NCBI GenBank assembly: GCA_036351155.1
Contig: JAZBOO010000144.1
Location: 1 to 19,376, forward strand
Reading direction: 5' to 3'
From: Candidatus Krumholzibacteriia bacterium
GTDB taxonomy: Bacteria; Krumholzibacteriota; Krumholzibacteriia; LZORAL124-64-63
DNA: 19,376 bases
In this document: piece after piece, positions 1-7,762 of the stretch
Layout of the letters: the number at the start of each line of letters is the position of its first letter
Position numbering within the stretch: the stretch's first letter is position 1
The notes under the pieces: generated by a model
What the model saw: the letters and a program-made list of their open reading frames with translations, nothing else
Database searches by the model: none
Told to the model about the DNA's origin: nothing
Made by a program: the position numbers and the translations under genes

Positions 1-3000
1 CAGGATCCGGAAAACTCGCAGACTGTGCTCGACTCCTTGACCGACCTGATTGCGGACGGCAAGTACGAGGAAGCCCGCGCCCGATCCGACTCACTGCTCC
101 ACAGCTGGGAAAACACGTACGGCCCCCACTCCCTGGAAACTGCCCGCGCCCTCGATTTCCTGGGCAAGTCCTTGCGGTTGACCGGGAACCACACCGACCC
201 CCGCGCCCTGGAATCAATGCAGCGGGCGCTGGCCATCAAGGAAGATCTCCTGGGACCCGATCACCTTGAAACGGCCGTTTCCCTTTACGGCCTGGCTGGC
301 CTTCTTGGAAATCTGGGCGACCTCGAGGAATCCATCGCCCTGCTGGAACGATGCGGTGCCATACGCAGGCGCGCACTGGGACCCGACCATGTCCTGGTGG
401 GCGATGTGGAAGGTAGCCTCGGCATTTCCCTGGCCATGTCCGGCCGTCTGCAGGACGCCCGTCAACATTTCGAGCGCTCGGTGCAGATCACCGAGGCCGC
501 CGCCGGTCCTGACGATCCTGAAGTGGGCGTCGGCTATTTGAATCTGGCCACCTTGTACACCATCCTGGGAGACCTGAGCGCGGCTGAATCTGCTTCCCGT
601 CGGGCCATCGCCAATATCGAGGTTTCTCGGGGCCCCAACCACCCCAATGCCGCCAAGGCCCAGCAGGGGCTGGCCAACATCCTGTTGACCCGTGGCGACC
701 TGCGGGCGGCGGCCACGGCTCTTGAACGCGTCCGTGAAATTTATGCGGCCAACAACAGTGACAATCCCTCGGTCATGGGCGCACTCTGGAATGGTCTGGG
801 ATTGATTGCCCAGAACCTCGGAGACTATCCCGAAGCGGTCCGCCGATTTGAGATGGCCCTGGCGGTGTCCGAGCAAACCTACGGCCCCGACCAGCCCGAA
901 ATCACTTATTTCCTGAACAACCTGGGCATGGCGGCCCAGCTGGCCGGCGAGGATGCCAAGGCGCGCGAAGCCCTGGAGCGGAGCCTGCGCATCAACCGGG
1001 AAAAGCTGGGCACCGAACATGACCGCACGGCCAACACCGAGTACTACCTGGCCAAGTTCGAGCTGCGCCAGAACAACCTGGCGGCCGCGGAAGCCCTGCT
1101 GGTGCCCGCCACCTCTCGTCTGCGTCGGCTTCTGGGATCCGAGCACCCCCAGGTTGCCGCAGCATTTGGCGACCTGGCGCGCCTCCATGAACTGAAGGGG
1201 CAATTTGCTGCAGCCGAGGCCGTGGTGGACACCGCGCTGTCTCTTCCCGGCGCCGGATCGAACCCGGCGCTGCATACCAGCCTGGAAATCATTCAGGCCC
1301 GGGTGCACCTGCGGCAAGGACGCTTTGCCGACGGGTGTGCCCAGGCCCTGCGGGTGGACCAGACCGCCGCCGAGCAGTTCCGACTGGTGGTGCAAACCCT
1401 CGATGAAAACGTATCCCGTCGATTTGGCGCGGTGCGAGTGAACGGCCTGTCGGTGGCACTGACCGGTCTTCTGGAAACGGAATCGTCGGGCGAGCTGGTC
1501 GACCAGGCCTGGAACCAGGTCATCCAGTCCCGGGGAATGCTCCTGGATGAGCTGGCCACACGGCGCCGTCTGGCCTTTCAAAGCCACGACCCCGGATCCC
1601 GGCAACTGTTCAAGGAAATGTTCACCGCCCGCAGCAGGCTGGCCGACATGTACGTGCGCGGTCCGGGTGACCGTTCACCGGAAAGCTATGCCCTGGCTCT
1701 GGACCATGCCCGCCAGGACAAGCGCACCGCCGAAGCCGAATTTGCCACCCACAGCGCCGAGTTCCGCAGCACGCTGGGAGATCAGCGGGTGGGGCTGGAT
1801 CAGGTGCGCCAGGCCTTGCCTCTGGATGCGGGACTGGTCGCCTTCCAGGCCTTTCAGAAAATCGGCCCCGATGGGGATGAGCCGTGGTATTGCGCCTTCG
1901 TCCTCGCCCAGGGGATGGTCCAGGTTTTCGATCTGGGCCCGGCCGCGGTTGTCGACCAGCTGATCGCCGACTGGCGTGACGATGTGCTTGGAGCCTGGGC
2001 CCCCGCCGGCCCAATGGCCGAGGCCATGGTGGCGGCCAACCGGGAAATAGGGACCCGGCTCCGGGACCTGGTATGGTCACCTTTTTCCCCTTTACTGGAT
2101 GACCTGGCCACCGTCTTGATCGTCCCGGATGGAGCTCTGCACCTCTTGCCCCTGAGCGGCTTGCCTGCGGACGAGGGTGGATATCTTCTGGAACGGGGGC
2201 CTGCCCTCCACTATCTGGGCCGGGAAAAGGATGTGGTGCGTCCGGCGGCTCCCTCCGGCACGGGCTTGCTGGCCCTGGGAGACCCTTCCTTCGATGCCCC
2301 GCTGGCACCTCTCAGTGTCCCTCTGCTGGCCAAGGCCGATCTGGCTGATGAATTGCCGGGCGTTTTCCGGGGCTCCTTTGCCAGGTGTGATCAACTGGCC
2401 ACCATGCGCTTTACCCCCTTGCCCGCCACGCGTCAGGAGTGCCTGGACATCGCGGCGCTGGCAGGCGGCCAGGCCACCATCTTGACCGGGGAACGGGCCA
2501 CCGAATCGGCATTCAAGGAAAATCGGTCCCAGCCGCGGATCATCCATCTGGCCACCCATGGTTTTTTTCTTGGCGCCGATTGCCCGGACACCTCGGCCGG
2601 TTTATCGGAGGACCCCCTGTTGCTGGCCGGACTGGCCCTGGCCGGGGCCAACCAGCGCACAGCTTCACGTCCCACCGAGGAAGACGGCATCCTCACCGCC
2701 GAGGAGATCGCCCTGCTTGACCTGACGGGTGTGGAGTGGGCGGTCCTGTCGGCCTGTGACACCGGCCTGGGTCTGCTTCAGCCCGGCGAGGGGGTGTATG
2801 GTCTGCAGAGGGCCTTCGCCTCGGCCGGCGTGCGGACGGTGGTCATGAGCCTGTGGCCCATCGAGGACCAGGCCACCCGCCAGTGGATGTCCGGGCTGTA
2901 CCGTGCCCGACTGGGCCAGGACTTGACGACGGTCACGGCGGTCCGCCAGGCAGCCCTCGAGGTGCTGGAAAATCGCAGGGAAAGCGGCCTGAGCGACCAC

Positions 3001-3045
3001 CCCTTCTGGTGGGCCGGCTTCGTGGCCTCGGGAGACTGGCGGTAG
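1..3045 (+). CDS. TPR-repeat + CHAT (caspase/HetF-like cysteine protease) domain protein, probably 5'-truncated by the window
   Basis: The frame is open from base 1 (QDPENSQT precedes the GTG at 25), so the true start may lie upstream. About ten 42-aa kinesin-light-chain-type TPRs (GPDHLETA, GPNHPNAA, GPDQPEIT, GSEHPQVA...). CHAT motifs LIVPDGALHLLP, IIHLATHGFF (His codon 2557-2559), AVLSACDTG (Cys codon 2755-2757), VVMSLWPIED and HPFWWAGF. Confidence 0.93.
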   Translation, partial: QDPENSQTVLDSLTDLIADGKYEEARARSDSLLHSWENTYGPHSLETARALDFLGKSLRLTGNHTDPRALESMQRALAIKEDLLGPDHLETAVSLYGLAGLLGNLGDLEESIALLERCGAIRRRALGPDHVLVGDVEGSLGISLAMSGRLQDARQHFERSVQITEAAAGPDDPEVGVGYLNLATLYTILGDLSAAESASRRAIANIEVSRGPNHPNAAKAQQGLANILLTRGDLRAAATALERVREIYAANNSDNPSVMGALWNGLGLIAQNLGDYPEAVRRFEMALAVSEQTYGPDQPEITYFLNNLGMAAQLAGEDAKAREALERSLRINREKLGTEHDRTANTEYYLAKFELRQNNLAAAEALLVPATSRLRRLLGSEHPQVAAAFGDLARLHELKGQFAAAEAVVDTALSLPGAGSNPALHTSLEIIQARVHLRQGRFADGCAQALRVDQTAAEQFRLVVQTLDENVSRRFGAVRVNGLSVALTGLLETESSGELVDQAWNQVIQSRGMLLDELATRRRLAFQSHDPGSRQLFKEMFTARSRLADMYVRGPGDRSPESYALALDHARQDKRTAEAEFATHSAEFRSTLGDQRVGLDQVRQALPLDAGLVAFQAFQKIGPDGDEPWYCAFVLAQGMVQVFDLGPAAVVDQLIADWRDDVLGAWAPAGPMAEAMVAANREIGTRLRDLVWSPFSPLLDDLATVLIVPDGALHLLPLSGLPADEGGYLLERGPALHYLGREKDVVRPAAPSGTGLLALGDPSFDAPLAPLSVPLLAKADLADELPGVFRGSFARCDQLATMRFTPLPATRQECLDIAALAGGQATILTGERATESAFKENRSQPRIIHLATHGFFLGADCPDTSAGLSEDPLLLAGLALAGANQRTASRPTEEDGILTAEEIALLDLTGVEWAVLSACDTGLGLLQPGEGVYGLQRAFASAGVRTVVMSLWPIEDQATRQWMSGLYRARLGQDLTTVTAVRQAALEVLENRRESGLSDHPFWWAGFVASGDWR

Positions 3046-3053
3046 AGCTGAGG

Positions 3054-3872
3054 TCAGGGCTCGGCCCGGTGGATCAGGAAGGCTGACTCCCAGGTTCTGA
3101 CCGAACCTTCACCGACCATCTGGGAGAACACCACCCGGTAAGGGCCGGGATACACGAGATCTCCGACGCGGATCACCATGGAGAGAGTGCGACCTTCCAG
3201 CTGCTGGGGCACGGCCAGAGTATCCAGAAGGATGTTCCCCTGCGGATCCACGACCTGCACCTTGGCAGAGCTTCCCTGATCGAGCTCCGACGGCACGGTG
3301 GCCAGCAACGAGAAGGCCGTGGCATCCGCCGGAAGTTCCAGTGTTTGCGGCCCCCCACTGCGCAACGTCACCGGAGCCACCCAGGGGAGAAGCTCGCTCT
3401 TCTCGGCGCTGGGTTCCGGAAGGATCAACCACCAGGCCATCATGGCAGCGATGGCCGTGACGCCCACACCCCAGTTCAATCCGGCGCGGAAAGACCTGCT
3501 CGATCGGGTCCGGTTCCTGGCTGAAGGAACGGCGCTCAGCACCGGTGGAAAGCCCAGAGATTTCAGTTCTTCGCGGCAGGTTCCGCATCGTTCCAGGTGC
3601 CCCCGCACCGCCTGGCGTTCCACTCCCCGTAAATCTCTGGCCACCTGATCCCACCGGGCGATCATGGCCGCCGGAATGTGGCGTTCACCCTCGGGATCTC
3701 CTTCCCCCTGATGCCCGGCCAGGGTCTCGATCTGTTCTTGCCATTGCCGAGCGCAGTCGGGGCAAGACTTCAGGTGGTCATGCAGGCGCTCGTCGTCCGG
3801 ACCTTCCAGCAGGCCGGCGGCTGCGGCGATCAGGTGCTGACGCACCCAGATATGTTCTTCGCTTCCGACCAT
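3054..3872 (-). CDS. Membrane-anchored anti-sigma factor with two tandem zf-HC2/ZAS motifs and a C-terminal extracytoplasmic beta-rich domain
   Basis: HLKSCPDC (3776-3753) and HLERCGTC (3599-3576); hydrophobic segment WGVGVTAIAAMMAWWLILP preceded by basic residues; lies directly downstream of the ECF gene. The ATG at 3872 has an AAGGGAG RBS, so it is preferred over the TTG at 3887. Confidence 0.85.
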   Translation of the reverse strand: MVGSEEHIWVRQHLIAAAAGLLEGPDDERLHDHLKSCPDCARQWQEQIETLAGHQGEGDPEGERHIPAAMIARWDQVARDLRGVERQAVRGHLERCGTCREELKSLGFPPVLSAVPSARNRTRSSRSFRAGLNWGVGVTAIAAMMAWWLILPEPSAEKSELLPWVAPVTLRSGGPQTLELPADATAFSLLATVPSELDQGSSAKVQVVDPQGNILLDTLAVPQQLEGRTLSMVIRVGDLVYPGPYRVVFSQMVGEGSVRTWESAFLIHRAEP

Positions 3873-3893
3873 GGAATCTCCCTTCAAGGTCCT

Positions 3894-4439
3894 TCAATCC
3901 AGCCAGGGGGACAGATCCTCGTCCCCGACGATTCCTGCCCTGGCCATGGCCAGACACCGCGACCAGCGCTTCCGCAGGGTGGTGGGTTCCACCCCCTGCT
4001 GCCCGGCGAGTTGCTGCCAGCTGGTCGCGCTCAGAAACTGGCGCAACAAATCCAGGCATTCTCTGGCCCCACGTCCGGCAAAAAACTCCTGCACCACCAG
4101 GGCCAATCGTTCGGCGGGATCACCCAGTGTGGCATTCCAGCCGGGCGAGATCTGTTCCGAAATTTCCCGCTGTTCGCCCGGATCGCCGGCCCGCTCACGT
4201 GCGCGGATCACGCGGCGCAAGTAGTCGTACCAGGTGCGTCGGGCCAGGGTGGGCAGCAACGACCCCATTTCCCGCACCTCTTCTCGGCGGACGATCCGCA
4301 GCAGGCGCACGCTGGCCTCCTGCACCAGATCATCGATGTCCGCCGGCTCGGCTCCCTGGCTCAAGCCCAGGAATGCACGCCGCAGATTCTCCTGAATTTC
4401 ACCCCATTCCAGGGTGTCGATGGCACGGGAGGAGGGCAC
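3894..4439 (-). CDS. ECF-type (sigma-70 group 4) RNA polymerase sigma factor
   Basis: Region 2 DIDDLVQEASVRLLR...LARRTWYDYLRR; region 4 HTH SWQQLAGQQGVEPTTLRKRWSRC. The GTG at 4439, with GAGG about 9 nt upstream, gives 181 aa, a typical ECF size. The longer ORF start at 4538 would lie upstream of the sigma70 promoter. Confidence 0.85.
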   Translation of the reverse strand: MPSSRAIDTLEWGEIQENLRRAFLGLSQGAEPADIDDLVQEASVRLLRIVRREEVREMGSLLPTLARRTWYDYLRRVIRARERAGDPGEQREISEQISPGWNATLGDPAERLALVVQEFFAGRGARECLDLLRQFLSATSWQQLAGQQGVEPTTLRKRWSRCLAMARAGIVGDEDLSPWLD

Positions 4440-4499
4440 GGTGGGAAACCTCGCTGGGGTGGCTGATTGAGCGCCCCACGGGGGACAGGACGCTCTGCG

Positions 4500-4528
4500 A
4501 GCATACCCACCGCTCCCCCTCCTGTCAA
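4500..4528 (-). promoter_or_regulatory. Housekeeping sigma70-type promoter for the ECF/anti-sigma operon
   Basis: Minus strand reads TTGACA (4528-4523), a 17-nt spacer, then TATGCT (4505-4500), about 60 nt upstream of the GTG at 4439. Confidence 0.75.
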
Positions 4529-4569
4529 CGGAACCCACCCGGCGGTCCCCACCACCCCTGTGCTGGAGT

Positions 4570-4596
4570 AAGTCGCGGCTTCCCCGGGAACGTGAC
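4570..4596 (-). promoter_or_regulatory. Putative ECF-dependent (autoregulatory) promoter toward the sigma gene
   Basis: Minus strand GTCAC (4596-4592)-N16-CGACTT (4575-4570); mirrors the plus-strand copy at 4632-4659. Confidence 0.6.
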
Positions 4597-4631
4597 CACT
4601 TTTTAAATGAGATAAAAATTCACTTTTTTTC

Positions 4632-4659
4632 GTCACACCCCCCCGGCCAGGAGCGACTT
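4632..4659 (+). promoter_or_regulatory. Putative ECF-dependent promoter for the secreted FG-GAP protein
   Basis: GTCAC (4632-4636)-N17-CGACTT (4654-4659), preceded by a T-tract, 60 nt upstream of the GTG at 4720. Confidence 0.6.
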
Positions 4660-4719
4660 CCCTTTCATCTGATTGTCCTTGACCGCCCCTGCGGGCCTGA
4701 TTCACCGGAGGTTGAAACC

Positions 4720-7700
4720 GTGAAAAACCTGTTCATCTTTTCCCCGCGCCAGCTGCGGGCCAGCGTCCTGGTCCTCATGGGGTCCATGATGGCCCTGGCC
4801 ACCCCCTCGTTGGCCGACAGTTCTCGTCCCCCCACCTTCCGGCCCGCAGCTCAGGCTTCTGTTTCTCCGGAGTATCTGGCCACCGACGATGACCGTATCC
4901 GTCCCGACAATGGCAAGGAAATCCTGCCGGCCGGGCCGCGAGACGGGCTCTCCCGCCCCGAGCCTCGCACGGATCAGGAAAAGCAATGGATTCAAAACGC
5001 ACTCAAGAGTTCGGCCTTCACGGAGATCGGAGGCGATGATGTTCTGGTCCGCGATAGCGTGGATATATCGACCACGGAAATCGCCGTGGCCGAGGACGGC
5101 ACCATCTTCGTGGCCACGGGCAACCACAACTACGACATCTCACCCAGCGTCGAATACATCTACATATTCCGATCACTCGACGGCGGCACCACTTTCCACC
5201 TCTGGGGAAATCTCGGCACCCCCACCGCGGGAAACAACCGACTGCGGGACATCGATGTGACCGGTGGTTCCCACGCCCGCGTCTTCGTCACCTACATGCG
5301 CTATACCGGCTCTTTCAGTATCGATGTGGCCATGGCCGACCCCACCGCCGCTGTGCCGTCGTGGACCATCAACACGCCCCTGACCGGCGTGGCCAGCTTT
5401 CTGAATCCCGACCTGGAAACCGATCACCGCAGCTTCGATTCCTACTACGTGTATCTGGTGGCTTCGGGCCTGGATGGCAACGGTGATGACATCTGGTTCA
5501 CCCGCTCCACCAACCAGGGGGACACCTGGGCGGCGCCCTACCGGATTGCAGAGCTCTCCAGCAGTGGAAACCTGATGTACAGCTGGCCCAGGGTCACCTA
5601 CGGCTTCGGCGGCATGGTCCACGTGGGCTGGACCTACACCGAACGCCTTCAGAGTACCTTTGACGATGGCGTGCGGTATCGCAGCGCCCCCAGCTACGGC
5701 GGAGATCCTGCCGGCTGGGGAAGCATCTACGCCATCGCTTCGACAGGTGACGAAATCGATCAAAGAATCCTGGATATCTCGGCGTCCCTGACCGGCAACG
5801 AGGTGGTGCTGATGCAAGCCACCACCTGGGTCAACTGGGAGAACCCCGAGTACCGGGTGAGTACCGACGCCGGCGGGAACTGGTGGTCGGTTCCCTTGCG
5901 GCAGACCCCCTGGGATCGAGGCGGAGATATGGATTATTCCCTGGCGGGAAACCAGTTCGTCGGCACCGGGATTTACTTTGTTCCCGGTGGGGGAATGGAG
6001 CAAGTCCTGGCCACGGCTCCGGCCATCGCGACAGCCGGATGGTATACGCCCCAGCGGTTCAGCGACCAGGAATCCAGCTACCTTTTCTGGCCCCAGGTCG
6101 GCCTTGATCCCTCACGGAACGACCAGGCCATCGTCGCCGTGAGAGACGGTTACAGCGCGCCGAAGGTGACCTTCGACGCCGCCTGGCGTGGAGATCCCGG
6201 CTATCCCAACCTGGAAGACGGCATGCCCCGGGAACTGGAAAGTGCCCCCATCTCCCCGCCGGCCCTGGTCGATCTGGATGGGGACGGCGATCTGGAAATC
6301 ATCTATGGGACCATTGACGGATTGGTCGAGGTCAGGCACCACGACGGAGAACGCGCAGCGGGCTGGCCGGTGGCCATGCCTTCGCTTTCGGCCGGAGCCG
6401 TGGCCATCGGCGAGCTGGCAGGAAGCCAGCTGAGCGTGGTGGCCGGCACCACCGATGGCCGGGTTTTCGCTTTCGACAAGGACGGGCAGCTGCAACCGGG
6501 CTGGCCCCACGATCTGGGAACCGACGCCTCTGTTTACGTGACCATCGGGGCTCTGGGCGGTCCATATCCGCGCACCGTGGTGGCGGGCAGTGGAAACAAG
6601 CTCACTTTCCTGAACTACCGGGGTGTGTCGCCTCTGGAGACCTTTGGCTGGACGGTATTCTCGGGCAACATCACCAGCAATCCAGCGATCGGCGACATCG
6701 ATGGCGATGGCATCTCCGAGCTGGTGGTGGCCGCCGGGTCCTCTGTTTTTGGCCTGCGTCTATATGACCCCGAGCCGGTCTTCAGCCGCGATGTGGGTGC
6801 CTCCATTTCCGATGCCGTCACCCTGGGAGATGTGGACCTGGACGGCGATGTGGAAATTGCCGTGCCCACCTCGACCGGCCAGCTATTCGTTCTGGACGGC
6901 GACGGCAGCGACATGGCCGGCTGGCCATTCACCACGCCCTCGGCCACACCCTTGACCTCCGCGGCCTGGGCCCATATCCGGGGCACGTTCGCCCCGGAAC
7001 TGGCGGTTGCCGCCCAGGCTTTCAACGTCCACCTCCTCTACGCCGATGGCCTCGAGGCCTCGGGATACCCCGTGGAAACCGGCACCGGCTGGTGGCTCCT
7101 GGGCCAGCCCATCATGGGCCGGGTCGAAGGGGGCAGTGGCGACGTGGTCATCGGCTCCCGGGACACCAACATCTGGGCCTGGGACAATTTCGGCAACCGG
7201 ATTCCCGGGTGGCCCAAGAACCTGGGTGTGGGCAACCAGATCAACCTGGAAGGGGCCATGGGCGACATCGACCTCGATGGCCGCAATGAGGTCGTGATGC
7301 TTTCCCCGGACGAATTGCTGATCGTGGATGTGAACTCCACCGTGCTGGCGGCCCACAACACCTGGCCCATGTATGGCCACGATGCGCAGCGTACCGGTTG
7401 CTCCGATTGTCAGGAAGATCTGCTCTCGCCGGTGGGAGAGGAAGACGCCGATCAGGTGACCCGCATCATGTTCAAGGGGGCCTATCCCAATCCCGTTTCG
7501 GGGCCCTCCACCCGGTTCAGCTTCGCCGTCCCGGTGCGCGCCCGGGCCAAGCTGGAGATCTATGACCTGCGCGGCCGCCGTGTCCAGCGGATCCTCCAGG
7601 AAGAAGTCCCCGCCGGGGAACATGTTCTGACCTGGAATGGCCGGGATGACCAGGGACGTCAGGTCGCCAGCGGCCAGTACCTGGCGCGCCTTTCGGTGAA

Positions 7701-7752
7701 GGGGCCCGGCTTGAACGAAGATCTGACCCGCAGGGTGACCGTGTTACGATAG
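4720..7752 (+). CDS. Secreted protein: Asp-box (BNR/sialidase-like) N-terminal region, FG-GAP/VCBS-like repeats, C-terminal FlgD-Ig/T9SS-like sorting domain
   Basis: GGAGG RBS before the GTG; signal peptide ending ...ALATPSLA. Asp boxes RSLDGGTTF, RSTNQGDTW, VSTDAGGNW. FG-GAP-like Ca loops DLDGDGDLEI, DIDGDGISEL, DVDLDGDVEI, DIDLDGRNEV; repeated GWP motifs; WPMYGHDAQRTG. C-terminal domain AYPNP...IYDLRGRRV...WNGRDDQGRQVASGQY...VTVLR. Confidence 0.88.
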   Translation: MKNLFIFSPRQLRASVLVLMGSMMALATPSLADSSRPPTFRPAAQASVSPEYLATDDDRIRPDNGKEILPAGPRDGLSRPEPRTDQEKQWIQNALKSSAFTEIGGDDVLVRDSVDISTTEIAVAEDGTIFVATGNHNYDISPSVEYIYIFRSLDGGTTFHLWGNLGTPTAGNNRLRDIDVTGGSHARVFVTYMRYTGSFSIDVAMADPTAAVPSWTINTPLTGVASFLNPDLETDHRSFDSYYVYLVASGLDGNGDDIWFTRSTNQGDTWAAPYRIAELSSSGNLMYSWPRVTYGFGGMVHVGWTYTERLQSTFDDGVRYRSAPSYGGDPAGWGSIYAIASTGDEIDQRILDISASLTGNEVVLMQATTWVNWENPEYRVSTDAGGNWWSVPLRQTPWDRGGDMDYSLAGNQFVGTGIYFVPGGGMEQVLATAPAIATAGWYTPQRFSDQESSYLFWPQVGLDPSRNDQAIVAVRDGYSAPKVTFDAAWRGDPGYPNLEDGMPRELESAPISPPALVDLDGDGDLEIIYGTIDGLVEVRHHDGERAAGWPVAMPSLSAGAVAIGELAGSQLSVVAGTTDGRVFAFDKDGQLQPGWPHDLGTDASVYVTIGALGGPYPRTVVAGSGNKLTFLNYRGVSPLETFGWTVFSGNITSNPAIGDIDGDGISELVVAAGSSVFGLRLYDPEPVFSRDVGASISDAVTLGDVDLDGDVEIAVPTSTGQLFVLDGDGSDMAGWPFTTPSATPLTSAAWAHIRGTFAPELAVAAQAFNVHLLYADGLEASGYPVETGTGWWLLGQPIMGRVEGGSGDVVIGSRDTNIWAWDNFGNRIPGWPKNLGVGNQINLEGAMGDIDLDGRNEVVMLSPDELLIVDVNSTVLAAHNTWPMYGHDAQRTGCSDCQEDLLSPVGEEDADQVTRIMFKGAYPNPVSGPSTRFSFAVPVRARAKLEIYDLRGRRVQRILQEEVPAGEHVLTWNGRDDQGRQVASGQYLARLSVKGPGLNEDLTRRVTVLR

Positions 7753-7762
7753 TGTCTCCTCT

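Noticed and set aside
115..1340. Roughly 126-bp periodic similarity suggesting a DNA repeat array or CRISPR
   Set aside because: Degenerate coding repeats of 42-aa TPRs; no identical repeats with unique spacers and no cas genes.
214..1605. 463-aa minus-strand ORF, and similar long shadows at 3545-4606, 16043-17308 and 17408-18379
   Set aside because: All are antisense or off-frame to well-supported genes, as expected from GC3 bias.
2562..2568. T7 tract just after the CHAT catalytic His as a phase-variation or frameshift site
   Set aside because: Simply encodes the conserved HGFF motif; the frame is intact.
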